Assembly: GCA_002269645.1 (NCBI GenBank)
Contig: NIVC01000010.1
Location: 2,232,001-2,296,000 of the forward strand
Reading direction: 5' to 3'
Length of the DNA stretch: 64,000 bases
Source: Macrostomum lignano
Taxonomy: Eukaryota
In this document: positions 1 through 14,726 of the stretch, in pieces
Layout of the letters: every line of letters begins with the position of its first letter
Numbering within the stretch: position 1 is the stretch's first letter
The notes under the pieces: generated by a model
The model's input: only the letters and a program-made list of their open reading frames with translations
What the model was told of the DNA's origin: nothing
Database searches by the model: none
Program-made: the position numbers and the translations under genes

Positions 1-280
1 CATGATGACGAACTTTAAGATCCTGATTAGAAATATGAGTATCTATTTTGTAATTATATTAAGAAATCAAAGCCATAAACTTTTCACAAAACTTATTTAT
101 CCATGCGTACGCAATGGGGGACAGGGGCGGACCCCTCCCCATAAGGTCTTCACAAAAGTAAGTTGCACTCCTCAAAAAAACTAAATGAAAAGGGCAAAAA
201 ACATTTATAAATGACAGAAAAGCTTAACTTTTGTCACCCCTTGGACTCGGCATCTACCGACCTACGAGGCTGGAAAATTA

Positions 281-729
281 GCGCCCACCAAAAGACAGGG
301 GCGTCCATAAAGAGACAGGGGTGCCCATAAAGAGACAGGGTACCCATAAAGAGACAGGGGCGCCCATAAAGAGACAGGGTACCCATAAAGAGACAGGGGC
401 GCTCACCAAGAGACAGAAGCGCCCATAAAAAGACAGGGGTACCCATAAAGAGACAGAGTACCCATAAAGAGACAGGGTACCCATAAAGAGACAGGTACCC
501 ATAAAGAGACAGGGTACCCATAAAGAGACAGGGTACCCATAAAGAGACAGGGTACCCATAAAGAGACAGGGTACCCATAAAGAGACAGGGGTACCCATAA
601 AGAGACAGGGGTACCCATAAAGAGACAGGGTACCCATAAAGAGACAGGGTACCCATAAAGAGACAGGGTACCCATAAAGAGACAGGGGTACGCATAAAGA
701 GACAGGGGTACGCATAAAGAGACAGGGTA
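281..729. repeat. 19-20 bp minisatellite (CCCATAAAGAGACAGGG(G)TA), left half of an array split by a LINE
   Basis: Direct tandem copies visible; the array resumes at 5226 after the retrotransposon. Confidence 0.97.
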
Positions 730-730
730 G

Positions 731-5136
<4,406 letters not shown>

Positions 5137-5225
5137 TCCTTGTGCTCTTTTACCTTGGGGTTGCGATAGGGGCCTCGCGGCCTATTCGCGGCGCCTGCGC
5201 CCCCCGTCAGTAGTAAGTAAGTAAG

Positions 5226-5970
5226 TAAAGAGACAGGGTACCCATAAAGAGACAGGGGTACGCATAAAGAGACAGGGTACCCATAAAGAGACAGGGGCGC
5301 CCATAAAGAGACAGGGGTACCCATAAAGAGACAGGGGTACGCATAAAGAGACAGGGGTACGCATAAAGAGACAGGGGTACGCATAAAGAGACAGGGGTAC
5401 GCATAAAGAGACAGGGGTACGCATAAAGAGACAGGGGCGCCCATAAAGAGACAGGGGTACCCATAAAGAGACAGGGGTACGCATAAAGAGACAGGGGTAC
5501 CCATAAAGAGACAGGGGTACGCATAAAGAGACAGGGGTACCCATAAAGAGACAGGGGTACCCATAAACAGACAGGGTACCCATAAAGAGACAGGGGCGCC
5601 CATAAAGAGACAGGGGTACCCATAAAGAGACAGGGGTACGCATAAAGAGACAGGGGTACGCATAAAGAGACAGGGGTACGCATAAAGAGACAGGGGCGCC
5701 CATAAAGAGACAGGGGTACCCATAAAGAGACAGGGGTACGCATAAAGAGACAGGGGTACGCATAAAGAGACAGGGGTACGCATAAAGAGACAGGGGTACC
5801 CATAAAGAGACAGGGGTACCCATAAAGAGACAGGGTACCCATAAAGAGACAGGGGTACCCATAAAGAGACAGGGGTACGCATAAAGAGACAGGGTACCCA
5901 TAAAGAGACAGGGGTACCCATAAAGAGACAGGGGTACGCATAAAGAGACAGGGTACCCATAAAGAGACAG
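5226..5970. repeat. 19-20 bp minisatellite, right half of the array split by the LINE
   Basis: Same unit as 281-729. Confidence 0.97.
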
Positions 5971-6609
5971 ACAAAATAAATAATTCTAACATCAAAGTTC
6001 CTTAGATTTAAATCGATGATAATAATTACATAATTTGGTCGATAATTTACATAAAAAGCATTATATTTTTTTGTTTCTTACTGTCTGGTACTTTCAATGA
6101 AAGTTGATCACGAAGGTAAATTTATAAGCATCCTGACTGTGCAATAAGGTTATGCGAACTGGTGTCTTCAAATATGATTAGCATGCGTTCAATTGGTAAT
6201 CGATTGGACATCGATGCGTTTTACATGAAAATAAGCTGGTTTACTGTGCGCTAAAACACATTGACGCTACATAAATACATACACACATGTACAGAAAAAT
6301 TACATAAACGTGGGGGTGGGGTGGATGTTTTACCGTCTGTCAACAGGCGTATACATCAGTTGTTTTTCTCCCTTAAATTTACATCGGAAACAATTTTCTG
6401 GTACTGGAAGTGTTACACCGGATGCGAACAAAGTTTAATTATATCACAGATAAATAGCTTCAAAAAACAAATTAATAAACAGACGAATTATGCAATAAAA
6501 AATCTGAAGAACATGCAAATACCAGTTTATGAGCGTCTCTGTTAGTAGCAAAAATAGATAGCTAATTTGCGATTGAACTATATATGTACCAGAAAAATTC
6601 TTCATTGAA

Positions 6610-7227
6610 TCATTTGACCCCTATTCGCAGTTGCTGCTGCTGCTCTCCTGCACCAGAAGTAGTTGCAGATCCGCTTACATGTGCAGCAGAAGTGTCTCGA
6701 CTCTGCAGCTCGATAGCTTCCGTGTTGACTTGTTGAGCAGTGGTCGATTGACCGCCCGCAGCAGTTGGCGCGTCCGCCGTTGCGCGCAGCTCTTCGTAGC
6801 TCGGCGGCGGGGCGAGGCTACCGTCTATGGTAAAAATCGGCCCGTCGTACGTCTCCGTGTAGGCTGGAGGCGGCGGCGCCGCGGGAGCAAGTCCCTGGTT
6901 CAGCTGCTGGAGTCGGTTGAAGTCGCTGCCTACCTGTAGGGACGCGTCGTTTGGATAGTACACGTCGAATTTGTCCTCATTTTTGAGCGCCAACCAGCGG
7001 AAACCGAACTGGCCAACAAACATCACGCAAACGCAGGGTAGGGCCATGATGAAGAACACGTAGGTTCTCATCGCGACGTAGAGAGCTGTGCCGATCGCAA
7101 ACGAGAGGACGCCAGTCCACAGGCACACGTGGAAGAACACGTACAGTCGTCGGTCTCTATGGGACATTTGTCGTACCACTCGATGAGGAAAGCACGGATT
7201 GAGATGGTGGCAATGAACTAGCGGCAT
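6610..7227 (-). CDS. Intronless 205-aa protein with two predicted TM helices and two PPxY motifs; function unknown
   Basis: ATG start, GC-rich coding-like composition, hydrophobic stretches (LYVFFHVCLWTGVLSFAIGTALYVAM; YVFFIMALPCVCVMFVGQFGF), then PPPPAY and PPPSY. Confidence 0.75.
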   Translation of the reverse strand: MPLVHCHHLNPCFPHRVVRQMSHRDRRLYVFFHVCLWTGVLSFAIGTALYVAMRTYVFFIMALPCVCVMFVGQFGFRWLALKNEDKFDVYYPNDASLQVGSDFNRLQQLNQGLAPAAPPPPAYTETYDGPIFTIDGSLAPPPSYEELRATADAPTAAGGQSTTAQQVNTEAIELQSRDTSAAHVSGSATTSGAGEQQQQLRIGVK

Positions 7228-8398
7228 GATTTTGTCTTTTGTATTTCTGCGTCTTTCTTTGCAGCAATGAGAACGTCTAAGATAGTTTGACGTCTTATTT
7301 TTTAGTTTTTAGACGTTTATGTCTGTTGTTTTTCTGTCTCATCACCTGGCTATTTCTACTCCAGGTTACCAGGACAAACAATTGAGAGATAGAAAAACTG
7401 TGAGGCGAAGAGAACTATGTTCTGAGAAATTGTACATTGCCCGCAAAATGTGCCTGCGGAAAATACAGCTTTAGGCTCTGTGGAGTGAAGACTCTAAATT
7501 AAATAATGTACATTTTGCCCTAGTTTTCACAGTGTGTGCCATTGTCAGTGAGGTGGAGAGCACTAGTAAGGTTGAGGCTCACCTTATACAGTGCGATTCG
7601 CTGCACCGAATGGCACACATGAACCACTATAACTCCCGCAATTTGGATTGGAAGAAGTCAAAATGAAATGGCAATAAAAATACAGTCTGAAGTTTTGTGT
7701 TAAAGAATCGCTTAGTTGGTGCAATGTGAAACTATAGGTTCGCTTTCACAGGCTCAAAATATCACATCATCGAAAACAAGAAACTTTACAAGCTCGAATT
7801 TTACGTCGAAATCGTTTAAGTTGTGCACTTACAGAAGTGGCTAGCAAAAAGTCTTTTCCACTACGTAAAATTTTGAGCTTGTGATAAGATTCTGTCTCTA
7901 GGCGTTGTCAAGTTTCAAGTTGTGTTGTTGTTGTTGTTGTTGCTGTTGCTGTTGAACCATTGAATCTATCTAATGTACGGTCAACGAGAGCATGGAAGAG
8001 ATAATCTGGAGTTAATTAAATCCAATAAGTGGTTTAGTGAATTGCGAATTGTTCAGCAGTCAGCAGAGTGTGACCTGGAAATCCTGGAATTGATGATACA
8101 AGTGTCCTATGCGTCGAACTCGGCCTATCGATCTGCGAGCCCCTAAAAATGAGCAAAGTCTGCTGATATCAGTATCCAGAGCTTTTATTGTGATGTGGTG
8201 CGCCTGTCTGATTTGGCCGGAGTGTATTTATAATAAAAAATTGCACTTTATCAATCGCAATCTGTAGGGCCTTGGTGCTGTCCCAAATCCATAGTTTGAC
8301 ATCGTTGCTGAAAACTTCAGTAAAGGAAATTAATGAATTTTCCTGAGGTTTTACCGTAGACAGTTTTATTATCTCAAAGGCAATGGTAGATTGTGTGG

Positions 8399-8515
8399 CA
8401 ATGGATAAATAATCAGCGGTCCCAGTGCGTGACAACGATTGTCTGGCGAGCTCCGGTAGGCGCGAGCCATAGACAAATCGTTGTCACGTGCTGCGACCGC
8501 TGATTCTTTGCATTG
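8399..8515. repeat. Imperfect palindrome (about 45-55 bp arms, about 10-nt loop); MITE-like or hairpin RNA
   Basis: AATAATCAGCGGTCCCAGTGCGTGACAACGATTGTCT (from 8408) is largely the reverse complement of AGACAAATCGTTGTCACGTGCTGCGACCGCTGATTCTT (to 8508). Confidence 0.8.
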
Positions 8516-9009
8516 TTTTTCTGTTTGACGATCCTAAAAACAATGCATTGTTTGTAGTCATGTATTGTTCTGCATAAAAATGCGAATAATGATCGTCAAA
8601 TAGCTAAACGGCGTGATTTTTCGACACGAATGACAAAAATTTATCGTTGTACACAGCCTCTGGTAATGACAGTATTTTTGAAGTTTAAGACAGTAAAACA
8701 AATAAAAGTGAAAGAAAGCTCCAGAAAACGTCAATGACTCAAAATGTATTGTTGTTTATTTCCGTGAGTCGTAAACAATTTATTTGACTATAACAAAGTA
8801 TGAATCAGCAACATTTACGACAAATCCTCGTGGATTTTAACACGGAACTGAAAAGTATTAAAACGGAAAAATTTGGTTTTAGTTCACAATGTTCCTAGTT
8901 GTCAATTTCGCAGTCAAACGCATGTCGCAGATCACCTGTTAACTGACTGGACGTTTGCGGCCTGGAATGTGATTAAAAGTGTGGAAATTGAATTCACTAA
9001 TCATAGAAT

Positions 9010-9853
9010 TTAGTAACGTAGAGTATGCAACTCCGAAACCACCAACTTGCCTTCCAAATAGATGATCAACTGGTCGGCAAATTTCGCTGTGTCCTTGAAC
9101 TTGCCGCCATTCGGGGAGAAGAAAATCTGTGGCGACGGGCCGCCCCACCTGAGCCAGTCGCAGGGCGGGTTGGCCGCCCAGGACACGCCCATGAAGCCGG
9201 AGTAGTTGTCGCAATCGGCGTTGCCGTCCTCGCGAATCAAAGCCATCTGGTTCGACTTCTGAAACTCGGTCACCAGATTGCTCGTAGAAACCCGCGGCGA
9301 CACTCTCAGCAGGTTGGCCTCGGTGAACCAGTTAGTTGAGTTCATTCCCAGTTCTATGGAAAACGAAGCTCTGGCCAATCGCTCGCCAGCATGACGCAGC
9401 TCGACAACGAGCTTCTTGGAGTTGTCAAAGTAGGCGGCCATGCCGCTCACGTCCAGCATGCTGGATCGGAACAGGGCGGGGACCTCGGACGTTGATGGCA
9501 GACCCTGCTGGGTCGCTCGGTTGAACTCTTTGGCAACGTCCAAGCCGGAGCCGGCTTTGATGGAGAACAGCAGGACGTTCTTGTCGCCTGTTGAAGGATT
9601 GGGCGCGAATTATACGTTCAATAGAGAGATCACAAGCTGTACTCTACTAGATCACACCTCACCGTAGGTTGATCAGTTACTATCAAATGCGGTGGTTGAA
9701 TTTCGCTTAAGGCAATAGGGCGACGAGATTAAGACTATATAGTGCTTTACCGTACCTTATCGTAGATGAAAGCTTACCAAGAAAAGCGAATTCTGGTTCG
9801 CTTCTGACTACCTGGGCGATAATCAGAACGATCCAGCAATCCAGAAACTTCAT
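9010..9853 (-). CDS. Small secreted protein (217 aa, 2 exons), uncharacterised domain
   Basis: Exon 9853-9778 (MKFLDCWIVLIIAQVVRSEPEFAFL, signal-peptide-like, donor GTAAGC) joins in phase 1 to exon 9587-9010 (acceptor CCTTCAACAG), extending the listed 177-aa ORF. Confidence 0.8.
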
Positions 9854-11075
9854 GGCGCTCATCGTTAAGCAATTTGATATAGATTCGGTTTTGCTAAATT
9901 CTCTGTAGTAAAGTTCTGTAACGGATCTCTACTGCCTTAGTCTTGAGACTAATTTGATCATTTTTCGAGCTCAAGGTGGTTCCAATTTATAAATGTCGAC
10001 TTGTTTTTCTGCACTCATGGCTTCAGGCATTCCTCGAATTCTTTGTGATCTGTTCGAAGCACCTGGATCTCTAAAAAAGTGCTCTGGATCTCTACTTGAG
10101 CAGTAGGAGCATTTCATAAAAAAGTATTATTAGTGCCTGTAAACTCTCAAACTATTTGCAAACTTTCTGTGAACCATTGCAAGTTTGTTTATTTGTCTAA
10201 CGTCGTTGTATCAATACCTACGGTGACTAGACATTGCAGTGCGGTGCTTCTGCACCTGTAACTTTTTTCTAAATCGTGTCATTTGTTTTGTTTTTAAAGC
10301 TCTGAAGATCTACACAACCGTCAAGTTGTACACAAGCTCTACACAACCGTTTAGCTATAGATGACCAAGGAATTTGACAGGACAAAGTTAGTTGTACATG
10401 CGGTTAAGACCTGTTTCAAGACAATCAGAAGTGAAATTTGACTTGGATTGTGCTGGGTTTACTTCGCTGGAGTAGCTGACGTACCGTATGTTGTAAATTG
10501 AGTAGGATTTTTCCAAGCTTCTGAGGTGCGATTTGAATTGAGCAGATTGTATGCAGAGCAGAGTCAATCAAATTTGAGTTCTGATTATTTGATATGTTTC
10601 CAGTCAGAGAAAAACCACAGTAAACATTCTACAGCATTTCAGCATCATCACCTTAGTCTCTCATTATTTCGATGCAACCCTGACGATGTCCCATACATGT
10701 GCTGCTGTCTTGAAGAATGCAGTTCGGCAAGCCGCCAAAGTTTACCATTGCGCAGCACCGACGCCAACGAGTTTCGTTGAATCAACCCATCGTCCAATTT
10801 CCTCATTACTTACATTGTGCTGGCTTCTTGCGGAGGCAACCTTCGAAACGTTTATGAATCACCAATGGCATGCAAACTGTGAGTGGTTTAGCTACTACAT
10901 AAGTACAAGCGTATTTATGTACTCGTAGATTCATTCAATCTTTTGAAACCCTTTAATAATGTTTCGTGTTAAACAGCTAATATTTAGTTCAATGCTAGCA
11001 ATCAGCACCATCCGTTCGGTAGGCAACAAAGAGTGGAATGACTTTTTTGAATAAGCTTCTGATATCTCTGCCTTC

Positions 11076-11377
11076 ACATCATAGCAATTCCCCCGTAAGC
11101 CTTGACATCTCAGCAATTCCCTCAGTAAGCCTTGACATCTCAGCAATTCCCCCGTAAGCCTTGACATCTCAGCAATTCCCTCAGTAAGCCTTGACATCTC
11201 AGCAATTCCCCCAGTAAGCCTTGACATCTCAGCAATTCCCCCAGTGAGCCTTGACATCTCAGCAATTCCCCCAGTAAGCCTTGACATCTCAGCAATTCCC
11301 TCAGTAAGCCTTGACATCTCAGCAATTCCCCCAGTAAGCCTTGACATCTCAGCAATTCCCACCGTAAGCCTCGACAT
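11076..11377. repeat. 30-bp minisatellite (CAGCAATTCCCCCAGTAAGCCTTGACATCT), about 10 copies
   Basis: Direct tandem copies. Confidence 0.95.
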
Positions 11378-11813
11378 GAGTTCAATAGATACTTACTTTA
11401 CATAAATTTAGTCCAAATGATGTACTGGAAAATTATTGTGCAATTTTTATTTCAGTGCAATTCAGTTTTCGAAATATAACAACGGTGAGTCCAAAGTTTT
11501 TTGAACCAACATTGTATTTTATTTCAGTCGTGGGCTTTAAAATTTTGTTTACTGTGTACATTCATTGTGCGACTTGACGGCTCAATTGATAGGAGCGAGC
11601 CTTCTATTGACATAAAAAGTGTTATATTTAGATCGTCTGCGATAGACACAGCAAGTTGCTAACATACTAAAATTAATGTCGCTTTGGTCACATCTCCCAT
11701 CCAATCAGAATTGAGGAACGGGTCAGGGGTTGGGTAGTTAAAATGTACGCCTGGGCAATGTACATTCTGTCCCTCCCAGTTAGGCCGTAACAATAAAAAC
11801 AACCTAACTACAG

Positions 11814-12591
11814 CCCGAAGCCAGCGCAGCTACTCATTGCAATTCCACAGCACACAGCGCGACAGCACCACCAGGCCATCCAGATGCACCTGCTAAGAGA
11901 GGCTATAGAACAGGCGGCAATGCAAGTCGATGAGCAGCACGAGGTCAACCTCGATGAAGACAGCGTCTCAGCTTCCTTGTCCACGTCATCATCAGTTTCC
12001 TCCGCTAGCGCCAATTCAGCAAACTCGGCGTTGAGTCTGGTCGAGGACACGTCGTCGAGTTTGTCCACATCGTCCGAAAATTTGAGCAACTCTGTGCCTC
12101 TCGTCCTGCGCCTGTTCGAGCTGCTGGCCGGACAGTCGCGTCATTCGGACACCTGGCGCTACCTTCTGCGAGCTGCCGCACCCGACCTAGTTGACTACTT
12201 AAGCCGACAGAGTGACGCAGCCTCGAGCATTCTCGAGGACCCGTTCTATCCCGAGTTGGAACACGAGATCCGCGTGGTCCGCCGTCTGGACGCTGCCGAT
12301 CGTCAAGGAGGCGCTAAAAATTTACAATGGCGAATCGGCGACGCGGCTACGATTGGCCGGCGAACGATTCTCACGGTGGACTCGGACGAGTCGACAATCA
12401 CAATGACCAGGTGCTCGCAACTGCCGGAGCCCGTGCAGCACGGTGGCTGCTGCAGTCTGCGATGCTGGCCAGTCGACTCGCTGCAAGACTACGCCAGGTG
12501 TTTAGACGCAGTCTACCTGAACAGTTGTCGACTTCTGGCCGACCGAATCGACCTGATGCGCGGTCGCTACCACTCGTGTCGACGAGGATGA
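11814..12591 (+). CDS. Terminal coding exon of an unidentified gene (Ser-rich segment followed by a globular region)
   Basis: Frame of the 235-aa ORF is open back to an acceptor CTAACTACAG at 11813; GC-rich coding-like composition; upstream exons probable near 10686-10878 and 11456-11484 but not resolved. Confidence 0.6.
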
Positions 12592-13178
12592 CCGATTTTT
12601 TTAAAAGCGTCATTTTTACGGAATTTTTACGCAGACGAGTTAAAACAAAAACGACCCGAGATAGACTTGATGTCGGTTTTCATCAGATTCTTTCAAATAA
12701 TATTTGCACTTATGCGTATTTGATTGTCTTACCATTTTTGCACTTTTAACTAACATCATTTCCTAATATCGTTTGTATGCAGACGGGTACTGCCGTTTAT
12801 TTTTTAATATCTTGTCTTTAATAATCAGACGAGCCACTTCATAGAAATCTCCATTTGTTTGAGAAACCTTTGATTAATATGAATAACACCATTACCTAGA
12901 AAACTTTGTGCAAATTAACTCAATTATAACCATTGCGTAATATCTCATACAGGTATTTTGGCTTTGCGATTCAGCTGCTTGATTTTCTTTTCTATTTTTT
13001 TCTTATCTAAAACAAGAAAATCTGTTTCGACTGAGGCTTTGTAATATAAAAAAATGAGAATAAATATTTTGCGACTAACGCAATACGAAAGCCTTCAATC
13101 GGTTACTGCCGCGTGACATCGATTTGGCAGTACAATTGGCGTGAATTAACAAACATTTTGTTCTTTACTGGGTCTAAG

Positions 13179-13315
13179 TAACTGACTAACTAACTAGCTA
13201 ACTAACTAAATAACTAACTGACAACTAACATACTAGCTAACTAACTAACTAACTAACTAACGAACAAACAAACAAGCAAACTAACTAACAAACAAACTGA
13301 CTAACTAACTAACTA
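13179..13315. repeat. (ACTA)n/(AACA)n microsatellite
   Basis: Direct observation. Confidence 0.9.
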
Positions 13316-14726
13316 CATGTGGCACCCTGGCCATTATCAATGAATTAAAAGAGTCAAACATCAAGTCATTTCACATGGGTACCCATTTTGTGTCATAAGC
13401 GGTGAAGCAAGAGACGAAAAACTAATCGCGATTATTTGATAAGATATATTTTAGCAATGTGCAGTGTCTTTCAATAAGCTTTTTCTTCTTTCCCGCTATT
13501 AAACAAACGAATTACCAATTTGAATCTTTGTCAATGAAAGAAAGTTTGGCGCACAGACAAAACATGCATGTTTAAAATAGCAATAACAATTTTGTGCAGC
13601 AAGAGAGCGTTCCTAACTATTTTATATCAACTACTCGCAAGTAGGTAAGCAGCGCATCTGATAGGAATCAGAAATAAATATGCAGAAATAAGTAAAATGA
13701 GATCAAAGACAGAAAAACAAGAGTACATGATTTAAAGTAAGATAGTCAATCTACCATATACTGACAGAGACAAATTATTCTATCTGGAGTAGATCGTCTT
13801 GGACTAAACAACGGAGTCTCCAGAACAGAGAAAAAAATCATTTTAATATTTGCATCAAATATATTTCAAAAAATTCACAATAAGAATGTTAACCAAGGCT
13901 CAATAGTAAACTCCTGCAGTTTTGTTAGGTAATTTATTTCAAAAAGAATAGAAATTTTAAGAAAATAATGCAACTCTTTTAACGAGTAGGTATATTTTTA
14001 TTCGTGAATTTTACTCGTAAGTATTTAGGTCTTTAAGAGTTAAAATAAAATAAATAAAAATAAATAAATTTATTAACAGGTAAATTTTTACTTTTTTTAT
14101 AATAGCAGGACTGGATAGCATATCTTAAAATATTTAAATTGTGTCTAAAATAAAACAAACATTTGCGTTTACACAGAATTAAATACTTTTCAACAACGGA
14201 CGGTGTGAATAAAGTGTTATATAAGTAAAAATCGGACGGGTATTGTGTTTGGTACGGAAAAGAACACTTTATCACATGATACTACCTATGAGTAATGTGT
14301 AAAGTTAGAAATATTGTTTAAAAAAGTTTAAAACTTGGCTTTTATTGTGCGATACCAGAAAAAAATAGTTATAACAAAAACATTTGGACGGTTTACAAAA
14401 ACTTCAGACTGAAAAACAGCAAAAATACAAGAAACTAAAAAATCCATTATTAGCTAAAATCTGTTATCCTGTTCTCAAACGTCACTGACTGAAAATTTAT
14501 ATATAATTTACGAGTATACGTGTAATATGTATCTATAGGTGATTAAAACCAGATATCCAAGTGCGTGTGTGTTTGTGTTTGACTGCACGTTAATCACTAG
14601 CTATAGACGCAGTATAAATTACAACAACAATTATAAAATGAAACAAAGACTCAGTAAGCAATAAAATTGTGTTACAAAGACAACCAACAGCCTGTCAGAC
14701 TCCATCAGAGCAGCTGCAGACCTGCA

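Noticed and set aside
10690-10880. In-frame TGA at 10778-10780 within an otherwise open Cys-rich frame (selenocysteine or readthrough?)
   Set aside because: No SECIS identified, no homology, and another frame is open across the same region.
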